This document shows, piece by piece, positions 25,607 through 35,441 of a stretch of 48,225 bases of DNA. How positions within the stretch are numbered: position 1 is the stretch's first letter; every line of letters begins with the position of its first letter. Origin of the DNA: Pseudomonadota bacterium (GTDB lineage Bacteria > Pseudomonadota > Gammaproteobacteria > Burkholderiales > JAJZQI01); NCBI GenBank assembly GCA_021847305.1, contig JAJZTZ010000003.1, positions 1 to 48,225 on the forward strand, read 5' to 3'. The position numbers and the translations under genes were made by a program. The notes below the pieces were generated by a model. It had not been told where the DNA came from. It made no database searches and worked only from the letters and a program-made list of their open reading frames with translations.

Positions 25607-26950
25607 TCAGTTGCCTGCCACCGTCATGCGTTCCACCAGAATCGATCCGCACTGTTTGGAGCCGCGCACCAGCACATCGGTGCCGATCGCGACAATATTG
25701 CGGAACATGTCCTTGAGATTGCCGGCAATGGTGATTTCTTCCACCGGGTACTGGATGATGCCGTTCTCCACCCAGAATCCGGCCGCGCCGCGCGAATAAT
25801 CACCGGTGACGGCATTGACGCCGTGACCAAGCAATTCCGTCACCAGCAGGCCGCGGTCCATTTTTTTCAGCAAGGCGGCAAAATCCTCACCGGTGGAGTC
25901 CAGCACCAGATTGTGGTTACCGCCGGCATTGCCGGTAGAACGCATGCCCAGCTTGCGCGCAGAATAGGTGGAAAGAAAATAGCCCTGCACCACACCATTT
26001 CTGACGATGTCGCGATCACGCGTGGCCACGCCATCGTTATCGAACATGCAGCTGGACAAGCCTTTTTTCAGATGCGGCCGTTCGTGCAGATTAATCAATG
26101 GAGAAAACACTTCCTTGCCCAGGCTGTCAGGCAGGAAAGTGGATTTGCGATACAGACTGCCGCCGCTGACCGCGGAAACAAAATGCGAAATCAGGCCGGA
26201 AGCAATCGCCGCCTCAAACAGCACCGGCACCTCCATGGTATCGAGTTTACGCGCATCCAGTCGGCGCACCGTACGCTCGCCAGCCAGCTTGCCCACCTTT
26301 GTTTCGCTGTCCAGATCACGCCAGTCGCGCGCGGTGGTGTACCAGTAATCGCGTTGCATGCCGTTGTCCGACTCGGCGATAACGGCGCAGGAAATCCCGT
26401 GGCGCGATACCGGGTAGCCGGCCATGAAGCCCAGGCTGTTGGCGTAGATAAAATGCGACTCGTTGGTGTTGACGCTGGCGCCTTCGGAATTGTTGATGCG
26501 TTCATCCACGTCCAGGGCGGCGCTTTCGCATGCCTGCGCCAGTTCGATGGCGCGGTCCACGCTCAGATCCCACGGGGTGTACAGCTCGAGGTCGGGGAAA
26601 TCCCGTGCCAGCAGATCTTCGTCGGCCAGGCCGGAATAATCATCGCTGGCAGTATAGCTGGCAATCGACAGCGCTGCCTTGACGGTATCGCGCACTGCCT
26701 GCGGCGTCATATCCGATGTGCTGGCATGGCCGCGTTTCTTGCCGACATAGACGGTCACGCCAATACCCTTGTCGCGGTTGTATTCGATGGTTTCCACTTC
26801 GCCTTCGCGCACCGTCACGCTCTGCCCGAACCCTTCCGACACCTCCGCCTCGCAAGCGGTTGCACCCTGCGTTTTGGCCTGTGCCAAGATATCGGCAGCC
26901 AGTTCGCGCAGCTGATCGGGTGAATAATTGAAGCGTTCTGTTGATTTCAT
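25607..26950 (-). CDS. pmbA: Metalloprotease PmbA/TldE
   Basis: VREGEVETIEYNRDKG, MQRDYWY, FDNDGV, GVNAVTGDYSRGAAGFW and EEITIAGNL. Start taken at the ATG at 26950. Confidence 0.93.
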   Translation of the reverse strand: MKSTERFNYSPDQLRELAADILAQAKTQGATACEAEVSEGFGQSVTVREGEVETIEYNRDKGIGVTVYVGKKRGHASTSDMTPQAVRDTVKAALSIASYTASDDYSGLADEDLLARDFPDLELYTPWDLSVDRAIELAQACESAALDVDERINNSEGASVNTNESHFIYANSLGFMAGYPVSRHGISCAVIAESDNGMQRDYWYTTARDWRDLDSETKVGKLAGERTVRRLDARKLDTMEVPVLFEAAIASGLISHFVSAVSGGSLYRKSTFLPDSLGKEVFSPLINLHERPHLKKGLSSCMFDNDGVATRDRDIVRNGVVQGYFLSTYSARKLGMRSTGNAGGNHNLVLDSTGEDFAALLKKMDRGLLVTELLGHGVNAVTGDYSRGAAGFWVENGIIQYPVEEITIAGNLKDMFRNIVAIGTDVLVRGSKQCGSILVERMTVAGN

Positions 26951-27012
26951 GGTTGTCCCGGCTACTCGATCGCGGCAAAATTGCAATGATAACAATTTTG
27001 CGAGTATTGGCG

Positions 27013-27678
27013 ATGCCGGAACACAAATCTATCCATAAACCCCATCATGACGAAGATGATGAAGTGGAAATCATCTACACCTATGAGCACGACGGGGTGA
27101 CCGAGCATCACGTCGAGCACGAGGAAGAGGAAGAGCCTCGCTACAGCGGCCCGAGCAAAAGCCAGCTCAAGCGTGAAATGCTGGCCCTGCAGGACCTCGG
27201 CGCGCAGCTGGTCAAGCTGAACAAGGAGCGTCTGGCTCAGATCGACATTCCCGACGACTTGCGCAATGCCGTCAAGGAAGCGCAGAAAATCCGCAGCCAC
27301 GGCGCACTGCGCCGGCAGATGCAGTATATCGGCAAACTCATGCGTGAAGTCGACCCGGCGCCGATCCAGGCCAAGCTGGATGCCTGGGAAGGCAAATCCA
27401 ACGAAGAAAATGCCCGCTTCCATGCGATGGAACGCTGGCGCGACCGGCTGATCGGCGACGACCAGGCCTTCGGCCAGTTCATGGACGAACATCCGCACAG
27501 CGACACCCAGCAGCTGCGCGCCCTGATCCGCAATGCGCGCAAGGAACAGCTGAATAATCAGCCGCCGAAAAGCAGCCGTGCGCTGTTCCGTCTGATCCGC
27601 GAGATCATGGAAAGCGGCAACCAGGAACCGGACGACGCCACCAACAACGCCGACGACATGGACGAAGCGGAAGACTGA
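27013..27678 (+). CDS. yjgA: Ribosome-associated protein YjgA/DarP
   Basis: SKSQLKREM, RRQMQYIGKLMR, ERWRDRL and QQLRALIRNA; divergent from pmbA as in other proteobacteria. Confidence 0.92.
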   Translation: MPEHKSIHKPHHDEDDEVEIIYTYEHDGVTEHHVEHEEEEEPRYSGPSKSQLKREMLALQDLGAQLVKLNKERLAQIDIPDDLRNAVKEAQKIRSHGALRRQMQYIGKLMREVDPAPIQAKLDAWEGKSNEENARFHAMERWRDRLIGDDQAFGQFMDEHPHSDTQQLRALIRNARKEQLNNQPPKSSRALFRLIREIMESGNQEPDDATNNADDMDEAED

Positions 27679-27752
27679 CCCACGCGGTCAGGCCGGTCAG
27701 GGTCTGTCAGGTATTGCCCCACCCGGCGGAGACTGACGGCAATTGGGCCGGC

Positions 27753-29141
27753 TTACTGACGTGCGTCGTGCTGACCTGTGCCGGGATGGACGCCTGCCTG
27801 CTCTGGCGGAACCGGGGCCGCATCCGGCATTGTCGTCACGACCCGCTGCCGTTCCAGAAAACCAACCGCCAGGGCCTTATACAGCGGCTTGCGGCAAACC
27901 AGGCGGGAACTGACCGAACCCAGAATCGCGGCGGCCATGAGCGGAAGCAGCAAATTATGGTTGTCGGTCATTTCCATCACGATAACAAACGCCGTGATTG
28001 GTGCCTGTACCACCCCGGAAAAATACGCCACCATCCCCAGAATCACCACCGCACCCGCCGGAGCATAGGGCATCCAGTCGGCCATATTGGAGCCAAAACC
28101 CGCGCCAATGGCCAGCGAAGGCGCGAAAATGCCGCCCGGAATCCCGCTCAGATAGGACACAACGGTGGCCAGCATTTTCAGTATTCCATAACTGGCCGGC
28201 ATGGGATCGGTTTCCGACAGCAGTGCTTTTGCTTCCGTGTAGCCGGTCCCGTAGGTGGTATGACCGGAAACCAGCCCGATAAGCGCCAGGACCAGACCAC
28301 ACAGCGCAGCCATGGTCACCGGATGCTGTCTGAGCCAGGCGCCCCAGCGCCCCGGCAAACCACTCCGGGTTTCCAGCAGCACACGGCTGAACAGGCCGCC
28401 CAGCAAACCGCCGGCAATGCCACACGCCAGTACGGCCAGCCAGCCCTCATTGAAACCGAGTTCCGCCGAGGTATGGCCGAAATACGAATAATTACCGCTC
28501 ATTGCCAACGAAGTCATACCGGCCAGAATCACGGCGGTCAGGATAATACCGTTGGTACGTTGCTCGAATGATTTGCTCATCTCTTCGATGGCAAACACTA
28601 CGCCGGCCAGCGGCGTGTTGAAAGCGGCTGCCACGCCGGCAGCGCCGCCAGCCAGAATCAGCCCCTTTTCCAGTTCCGGGCGGGGAAAATTGGCCAGCCG
28701 GCTAAGCGAATGCATAATCGACGCGCCGACCTGGACTGTCGGGCCTTCACGCCCGACCGAAGCGCCCGAGAGCAAGGCCAGCAGAGTCAGGAACACCTTG
28801 CCGATACCGATACGCAAGGACAACACCGCTCCGCGCGCAGCATGATCGGTGATCTGCAATGCCGCGATGGTCTGGGGAATACCGCTGCCCTGAGAGCCGG
28901 GGAAGTAGCGCCGCGTAATCCAGGCCACCAGTGCCAGCCCGGCCGGGGAAAGCAATAACGGCCAATACGGCGAGGCCGTCAGCAGTTTTTCAAACAGCCG
29001 GTTGGCAGCTTCAGCACCCTCGGCAAACAGTACCGCAGTCGCACCCAGCGCGATGGCTCCGCCCCAGAACACCAGCCGCCTCTTCCAGTGACGTACAGAC
29101 AGCCAGACTGAACGGGAGCGACGCAGAAATCGTTTAGGCAC
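27753..29141 (-). CDS. ClC-family Cl-/H+ antiporter
   Basis: GSGIP, GREGP (gating Glu), FAIEE (proton Glu), GGIFAP and PLY (central Tyr). Confidence 0.92.
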   Translation of the reverse strand: MPKRFLRRSRSVWLSVRHWKRRLVFWGGAIALGATAVLFAEGAEAANRLFEKLLTASPYWPLLLSPAGLALVAWITRRYFPGSQGSGIPQTIAALQITDHAARGAVLSLRIGIGKVFLTLLALLSGASVGREGPTVQVGASIMHSLSRLANFPRPELEKGLILAGGAAGVAAAFNTPLAGVVFAIEEMSKSFEQRTNGIILTAVILAGMTSLAMSGNYSYFGHTSAELGFNEGWLAVLACGIAGGLLGGLFSRVLLETRSGLPGRWGAWLRQHPVTMAALCGLVLALIGLVSGHTTYGTGYTEAKALLSETDPMPASYGILKMLATVVSYLSGIPGGIFAPSLAIGAGFGSNMADWMPYAPAGAVVILGMVAYFSGVVQAPITAFVIVMEMTDNHNLLLPLMAAAILGSVSSRLVCRKPLYKALAVGFLERQRVVTTMPDAAPVPPEQAGVHPGTGQHDARQ

Positions 29142-29220
29142 TTGGAACCCGGGGGTGTTAAAAGGTTGGTAGGCGAGATTTTAAGCCCCGGGCCAACGCC
29201 GGACAACCTATTGTACAGAA

Positions 29221-32200
29221 TTATTTTGCAGAAACATTTTCCGCAGCCGACACATCCTCACTTCCACCAAACAGAAATTGCTCAATGACCGTATAAAATC
29301 GCTCAATATTCAGCGGCTTGACCAGATAATCGGCAAATCCGGCCGCCTTGCCATGAGCAATATCGCTCGGCATGGCATTGGCGGTTACCGCCACCACCGG
29401 CACCTGTTGCAACGCGGCATCGTCGCGGAATATTTGCAGCACCTGGTAACCGTTCATGCCCGGCAGATTGATGTCCAGCAGAATCAGATCCGGCTTGTGC
29501 AGGCGCGCGAGTTCGATGCCCAACGAGGGGTCAAATGCGGTCCGCAGCAGAATATTCGCTTTGCGCGCCAGCAACTGGCTGACCAGTTTCAGATTGGCCG
29601 GATTGTCTTCGATATACAGCACCGATTTTCTCGCACTGTCGACCGGAGTAAGCACCATATCCCCTGTCTGGCTGCGCTCATCTTCGCCCGCAGGCACAGC
29701 TTCCGCCATGGGCAGGCTCACCTTAAACAGGCTGCCGCGCCCCAGTACGCTTTCGGGTTCGATTTGGCCGCCCATCATTTCCACCAGGCGCTTGGTAATG
29801 GTCAGGCCGATGCCCGTCCCCTCAATTCCGCTGGATTCCGCTCCCAAACGGTTAAACGGCTGGAACAGCTCCTCCAGTTTGGCCACGTCAAAGCCTTTAC
29901 CGGTATCGGCCACGCTGATTACCACCCGATCTTTCTCTCGCCTGGCTTCAAAGCGGATACTGCCGCCCTCGGTGTTGTACTTGACTGCATTGGACAGCAG
30001 ATTCAGCAGCACCTGCTTAAGTCGCAGGCGATCAGCCACCACGACCAGACCGGCAAAGTCGCCCATCGTGAATGACAAACCGTGCCGTCCGGCAATCGGT
30101 TCAATCAACGAGGCACATTCCTCCGCCACTTCGGCAAGCAATACCGGCCCCAGCGACAGATTGAGCTGGCCGGACTCGATCTTGGACAAATCCAGCACAT
30201 CGTTGATCAGCTCGAGCAAATGTCGCCCGGCACCGAGAATTTCCTGCACGCTGTCTTTCTGATCCTGATCCAGCGAAGCGTCATACTCCAGAATCTGGGC
30301 GAAACCGAGAATGGCATTCATCGGTGTGCGCAATTCATGGCTCATGCTGGAGAGAAATTCCGACTTTGCCTGGCTGGCCTGTTCCGCCTGTTCGCGGGCA
30401 CGACGGAGCTGGAATTGGCGCTCCAGTTCGTCGCTATAGTCGCTCAGCACATTGAAGATATACTGCAACTCGCCATGTTCGTTGTGCACAAATGCGACAT
30501 TGGACTTGGACACGAACTCACTGCCGTCCTTGCGCTGTACCGGCAGCAGGCCCGACCACGGCTGCCCGGTCTTCGCCGCATGCAGAATCACCTGCAGCGA
30601 CCAGGTACGGACACTCTCGGGCATGAATGCGGCAATCTCTTCACCGAGCAGTTCGTCTTGCTCGCTTCCCACCATGCGCTCGAATGCCGCATTGGTATAG
30701 ACCACCAACCCCTCGGGCGTGGTCACGACGATGCCCTGATCGGTCGCATCGAAAATGCTGCGGAAAATCTGCAGATCCTGCTCGGCCTGTTTGATACTGG
30801 TGATGTCCTGCACCGTGCCAAGCATGCGTATCACCTTGCCGTTGGCGTCGAATTCGCCGGAACCGCGCTCATGCACAAAGCAGATCTTGCCATCCGGACG
30901 GATAATCCGGTGGATCACATCATACTGGCCGGAGGCAAATGCGACGGCTTCGCTGGCATGCACGCGCGGCAGGTCATCCGGATGCACCATCGCATAGAAA
31001 CCTTCGAGCGTGGGGACAAAATGATCCGGATTTTGGCCAAAAATCTCATAAATGATTTCCGACCAGTACAATTCGCCGGTTTCCAGGTCCGTTTCCCAGT
31101 TGCCGAGACGTGCCAGCTCCTGGGCTTGCATCAGACGTCTGCGCTCGCGCGACAGCGTACGCTCATGGCGTTTGCGCTCGGCAATGTTCTGCACAATGGT
31201 CCAGATAAAGGCATTGCCGCTCTCGTCCTGCACCACTACGCCGTTCACCAGCACCGGAATGCGCGTACCGTTCTTGTGCAGCAACTCCTTTTCAAACGGC
31301 CCGAACCGGCCGAGTTTGAGCAGTTTGTCCATGTAGCCCTGCTCGGCCTTGAGGTATTTTTCCGCCGTCAGCTGCCAGAAATCCAGCTGGTGATACTCTT
31401 CCTCGGTATGGCCGGTCAGCTGCAGCATGGCCTCATTCACTTCCAGGAAATGACCGTCCAGCGTACTGCGTGTCACCCCTACCGGGGCAATCTCAAACAA
31501 ACTGCGGAAGCGTTTTTCCAGCAGGCCCAAGGACAGCTCGGCCATTTTCCGTTCATGGATGTCAATGACCACACCCAGCATCTGAACCGGCGTGCCGTCG
31601 GCTGCGCGCACGACGTCGCCTTTACCCTGTAGCCAACGAATCTGCCCATCTGGCCAGATCACGCGATGCTCAATGTTGTATTCCGTTCCCTCCTCAACAC
31701 AGGCATTGACGGCTTGCACCAGCCTATTCCTGTCGTCCGGATGAAGCGCGGCCAGGTAGTTTTCATAGGTCGTCTCAAGCTCGCCAGCCTGATGTCCAAA
31801 CAATGGAGCAACAGACTCGGACCAGTAAACCATCCCGGTGAGGATATTCCAGTCCCAGGTACCGATATTGGCAAATGCCTGGCTGCGGCGCAGTCGTTCA
31901 GCATTGGCGGACGCCGTCTGCTCAAGAATCTTAAGTCGGGTGACATCGGTACGGATTGACACATACTGGTAGGGTACGCCGTTCTCGTCCATAAACGGCA
32001 CAATCGTGGAGTCGACCCAGTAAAGACCACCGCTCTTCGACCGGTTGCAGACCTCACCCCGCCACACCTTGCCCTGCGATATGGTCTGCCATAATCCCTG
32101 AAAAAATTGCCGGTCATGCAAACCGGAATTGACGATGCGATGGTTCTGTCCCACCAGCTCTTCGCGCTTGTAGCCACTGACTTCACAGAACTTGTCGTTG

Positions 32201-33456
32201 GCATAGAGAATGGTACCGGCGGCGTCGGTGGTACTGACAATCGCATGCCGGTTAAGCGCAAAGTGTTCCCGCTCGCGCTCGTAAAAATTGCGTTTAAATA
32301 TCCCCATCAGATCATGAAATGCCCGGCTGCGACGGGCCCGTGCACTAACCAGAGCAACCAGATAAGCCGGCTCGACCGGCTTGGTAATAAAATCATCCGC
32401 CCCCAGACCGAGTGCCAGCAACTGCTTGGCGATGTTGCGTTCAGAAGACAGGAACAGGATGGGCAACGACGCCCATTTCTCGTCTTCGCGCAAAATGGCG
32501 GCCACTTCCGGACCACTCACTTCCGGCATATTGACATCCAGCACCAGGACATCCGGCGGGAAAGCCTGCAGCATGTCCAGCACCTGCATCGGCTGCGTCG
32601 TGCTGCTCACTTCCATGCCGGCACGCTGGAGAATTTCCGTGGCGAAAAGCAGATATAACGGGTCGTCGTCCACCAGCATCACCCGGTAAGGCTTTTCCGA
32701 TGGGCGCCTCACCAGCCGACCAAGCAGCCCGGGCAAACGCTCCGGCACCAGCTGCTTGCGCAGACAATGGCTGGCGCCGCCGCGATATGCCGCCAGACGC
32801 GAGGCCATATCGTCGTTATCGGACAGGAAAATAACCGGTGGACAAGCAACGCAGCGCGATTGCATCGCAGCAATCGCCTTCTTGCCATTTGGCACCGATT
32901 GAATCAGCGTCTTGTCGATCAGCACCGCCGCCGGCTGCAGCTGCCCATCGCCAATCCGCTGCAGGGCGGACAGATCGTCAAAACACTCCAGCTGATAGCT
33001 GGCAGCCGCAAGAATCGCCCGCAGCTGAGCCTCCAATTCGGCATCGGCCATCAGCAACAGGATAAGTGGATGCTCCTCGGATGCAGCAGGCGAAGCAGTT
33101 GGAATAGCCTCGCTCCCCGGCAAGGGCAGCGAGGCACCGGTATAAAGTTCATCCAGCAGGTGTTCTGTTTCATACCAGAAGGCGTCGGCGACAGGAGCGG
33201 TGCTCTCGCGCAGACCGGCCAGGTGACCACCAAGCACAGAGACCGCCTGGCTCAGTGCGGCAAAGCCGAACACCTCGGCTGCCGGCCCGATCTTGCGCAG
33301 CAGCGTATCGATTTCCTGTAGCAAATGGGATGGCGGGCGCTTGGCCGCCTTTAAGCGTGCCACCAGATGCCGCAACGTCCCCAGCCGCTCCGGTAATTCG
33401 GCGATGTAAGTCCTGCGCAAGGCAGTAAATCTGCCGTTAGGTCCATTCATTGGCAT
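29221..33456 (-). CDS. Cytoplasmic hybrid sensor histidine kinase: degenerate Hpt-REC-REC-5xPAS-HisKA-HATPase-REC
   Basis: SHELRTP H-box; NLLSNAVKYN, DTGKG and GTGIGL boxes; receivers VDDD/LDVNMP/KP and IEDN/LDINLP/KP; five PAS/PAC repeats; no TM segment. Confidence 0.92.
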   Translation of the reverse strand: MPMNGPNGRFTALRRTYIAELPERLGTLRHLVARLKAAKRPPSHLLQEIDTLLRKIGPAAEVFGFAALSQAVSVLGGHLAGLRESTAPVADAFWYETEHLLDELYTGASLPLPGSEAIPTASPAASEEHPLILLLMADAELEAQLRAILAAASYQLECFDDLSALQRIGDGQLQPAAVLIDKTLIQSVPNGKKAIAAMQSRCVACPPVIFLSDNDDMASRLAAYRGGASHCLRKQLVPERLPGLLGRLVRRPSEKPYRVMLVDDDPLYLLFATEILQRAGMEVSSTTQPMQVLDMLQAFPPDVLVLDVNMPEVSGPEVAAILREDEKWASLPILFLSSERNIAKQLLALGLGADDFITKPVEPAYLVALVSARARRSRAFHDLMGIFKRNFYEREREHFALNRHAIVSTTDAAGTILYANDKFCEVSGYKREELVGQNHRIVNSGLHDRQFFQGLWQTISQGKVWRGEVCNRSKSGGLYWVDSTIVPFMDENGVPYQYVSIRTDVTRLKILEQTASANAERLRRSQAFANIGTWDWNILTGMVYWSESVAPLFGHQAGELETTYENYLAALHPDDRNRLVQAVNACVEEGTEYNIEHRVIWPDGQIRWLQGKGDVVRAADGTPVQMLGVVIDIHERKMAELSLGLLEKRFRSLFEIAPVGVTRSTLDGHFLEVNEAMLQLTGHTEEEYHQLDFWQLTAEKYLKAEQGYMDKLLKLGRFGPFEKELLHKNGTRIPVLVNGVVVQDESGNAFIWTIVQNIAERKRHERTLSRERRRLMQAQELARLGNWETDLETGELYWSEIIYEIFGQNPDHFVPTLEGFYAMVHPDDLPRVHASEAVAFASGQYDVIHRIIRPDGKICFVHERGSGEFDANGKVIRMLGTVQDITSIKQAEQDLQIFRSIFDATDQGIVVTTPEGLVVYTNAAFERMVGSEQDELLGEEIAAFMPESVRTWSLQVILHAAKTGQPWSGLLPVQRKDGSEFVSKSNVAFVHNEHGELQYIFNVLSDYSDELERQFQLRRAREQAEQASQAKSEFLSSMSHELRTPMNAILGFAQILEYDASLDQDQKDSVQEILGAGRHLLELINDVLDLSKIESGQLNLSLGPVLLAEVAEECASLIEPIAGRHGLSFTMGDFAGLVVVADRLRLKQVLLNLLSNAVKYNTEGGSIRFEARREKDRVVISVADTGKGFDVAKLEELFQPFNRLGAESSGIEGTGIGLTITKRLVEMMGGQIEPESVLGRGSLFKVSLPMAEAVPAGEDERSQTGDMVLTPVDSARKSVLYIEDNPANLKLVSQLLARKANILLRTAFDPSLGIELARLHKPDLILLDINLPGMNGYQVLQIFRDDAALQQVPVVAVTANAMPSDIAHGKAAGFADYLVKPLNIERFYTVIEQFLFGGSEDVSAAENVSAK

Positions 33457-33747
33457 GTATCGCCCCCCCAGAATGGTTCTATTTTTTTAGACTGTTGACC
33501 AACCGCTTCCGTGCCGCCTGCAAGGCCGGGCATAGCCCGACCATTAATGCAATCACATGATTTTGCAATCTGCTTTCATATCCCCCCCTATTCCTGCCCG
33601 GTGGACGGAGGAGGTACAGATTGACGACTTTGGCAGCAATCGATACTTTTTCTTCATGTATGACAATTCAGCTACGTCTTGCATAAACACTTATAATTAT
33701 TCTAAGTTAAGCATATCATATGCCCTTATTATAAACATGGATTTTCG

Positions 33748-34887
33748 ATGTTTACACTTCCCCTGGACATTTTGATTGTCGATGACACTCCGGCCAACCA
33801 GCGCATGCTGAAAAAGGCCCTGGAGGATTGGGGACATCACACGCGCTTGGCCGAAAACGGCAAGCTGGCGATTGATGAAGTCAAGCACAAGCTCCCCGAC
33901 CTGATTCTCATGGATGTACGCATGGACGTCATGGACGGGCTGGAGGCCACACGTCAAATCCGCCAGCATTGCGGCAGCCGCTGGGTACCGATCATTTTCC
34001 TCAGCGCGCTGAGCAAGATTGATGACATCGAAATGGGCCTCCAGGCAGGCGGCGACGATTACCTGCCAAAACCGGTCGATTTGCGCCTGCTCAAGATCAA
34101 AATCGGCGCCATGCAGCGTATTGCCGCGCTGCAACAGGCAAACGAGGAAAAATCCGCCTGGATTGAGGAAGAAAACCGCTCGGCGTCGGACCTGCTGGAA
34201 CGTCTGGCCCGCGAGCTTTACCAGCCGCCAGCCAGTCTGCAGCACATGCTGATACCGGTCGGCAACGTCTCCGGCGATCTGCCCGTCGCACTCCGGACCG
34301 CATCGGGGAAATGGCTGATGGGCCTCGCCGATGCCGCCGGGCACGGCCTGGCGGCCGCCGTGACGCTGGTGCCATTCAATAAAATCCTGCACCAGGCCGC
34401 CAAAGACGACATGCCGCTGCTTACACTCGGACACACTGTCAGCCAACGCCTGAACCAGTTGTTTCCGATCAACCGCTTTATCGCGGTGCTGCTGACCCTG
34501 TATGACCCGGCCAGCGGCACAGTGGAAGTCCTCAATGCGGGCCTGCCGGATGCCTATCTGCTGGACCGGCAGAACCGCGTGCACCGAAATTTCCCCTCGA
34601 ATTATCCGCCGCTGGGCTTGTGGTCGCCGGATACGCCGCTGCCCGCGCCGGAAGCATGCAGTCTGGCGGAAGGCGACATGCTGATGCTGTGCTCGGACGG
34701 GCTGACCGAAGCCTGCAACAGCAGCGAGCAGATGTTCGGCCATGAAGGCGTTTTGCAGCATCTAGACTGGCACGACCTGAACAGCGGCGCGCCGCGCATG
34801 AAAAACGCCATTGCAACACACTGCGACACGCAGGCGCCGCACGACGATATCTCGCTGCTGCTGTTGCGGCATAATCACAGTATCTGA
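33748..34887 (+). CDS. Response regulator fused to PP2C/SpoIIE-type phosphatase (RsbU-like)
   Basis: REC (IVDD, MDVRM, PKP) followed by SGD, ADAAGHG, NAG, SDGLTE and DDIS motifs. Confidence 0.9.
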   Translation: MFTLPLDILIVDDTPANQRMLKKALEDWGHHTRLAENGKLAIDEVKHKLPDLILMDVRMDVMDGLEATRQIRQHCGSRWVPIIFLSALSKIDDIEMGLQAGGDDYLPKPVDLRLLKIKIGAMQRIAALQQANEEKSAWIEEENRSASDLLERLARELYQPPASLQHMLIPVGNVSGDLPVALRTASGKWLMGLADAAGHGLAAAVTLVPFNKILHQAAKDDMPLLTLGHTVSQRLNQLFPINRFIAVLLTLYDPASGTVEVLNAGLPDAYLLDRQNRVHRNFPSNYPPLGLWSPDTPLPAPEACSLAEGDMLMLCSDGLTEACNSSEQMFGHEGVLQHLDWHDLNSGAPRMKNAIATHCDTQAPHDDISLLLLRHNHSI

Positions 34888-34902
34888 ACGACAGACATAA
34901 AT

Positions 34903-34932
34903 TAAAAAAGGCCGCTTACGCGGCCTTTTTTA
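34903..34932. terminator. Bidirectional rho-independent terminator
   Basis: TAAAAAAGGCCGC-TTAC-GCGGCCTTTTTTA between convergent genes. Confidence 0.9.
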
Positions 34933-34953
34933 TTTACTTCGCAGCAATCACTC

Positions 34954-35436
34954 TCAGTGATGATGGCCGCCGGCACCGTGCACGTGTTCGTGCTCGATTT
35001 CTTCCTTGGTGGCCGGACGCACCTCAGTGATGGTGCAGGAGAATTTCAGGCGCTGGCCGGCCCAGGGATGGTTGCCGTCCACGGCCACTTTATCCGGGGT
35101 CACATCGGTCACGGTGTAGAGAATGTAGTCTTCGTCATCGCCTTCCGGGCTGCCCTCGAACTGCATGCCGACTTCAACATTGTCCGGGAACAGATGACGC
35201 GGCTCGATGCGCACCAGTTCCGGATCATATTCGCCGAACGCCATGTCCGGTTCCAGAATCAGATCCACGGTGTCGCCCACACTCTTGTTGTGCAGTTGCT
35301 CTTCCACGATCGGGAAGATGCCGTCGTAACCGCCATGCAGATAGCTCACCGGTTCGTCGGTTTTTTCCAGCAGCTGACCGTCCATGTCATGCAGCTGGTA
35401 GTTGATGGAGACTACGGTATCTTTTACGACTTGCAT
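34954..35436 (-). CDS. slyD: FKBP-type peptidyl-prolyl isomerase SlyD
   Basis: YLHGG, AFGEYD, VDGNHPWAG and a short His tail (HEHVHGAGGHHH). True start is MQVVKD at 35436. Confidence 0.93.
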   Translation of the reverse strand: MQVVKDTVVSINYQLHDMDGQLLEKTDEPVSYLHGGYDGIFPIVEEQLHNKSVGDTVDLILEPDMAFGEYDPELVRIEPRHLFPDNVEVGMQFEGSPEGDDEDYILYTVTDVTPDKVAVDGNHPWAGQRLKFSCTITEVRPATKEEIEHEHVHGAGGHHH

Positions 35437-35441
35437 GGCAT

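Noticed and set aside
27675-27780. Cluster of GTCAG/CTGAC pentamers at the yjgA-clc convergence
   Set aside because: Short, irregularly spaced and partly inside coding sequence; at most a weak hairpin terminator.
29142-29220. Fluoride riboswitch upstream of the ClC gene
   Set aside because: Only superficial similarity (GGCGTTGG...CGCCTAC) without the P1/pseudoknot pairing. The protein has GSGIP/GREGP, not the fluoride-exporter GNNLI/GREGT signature.
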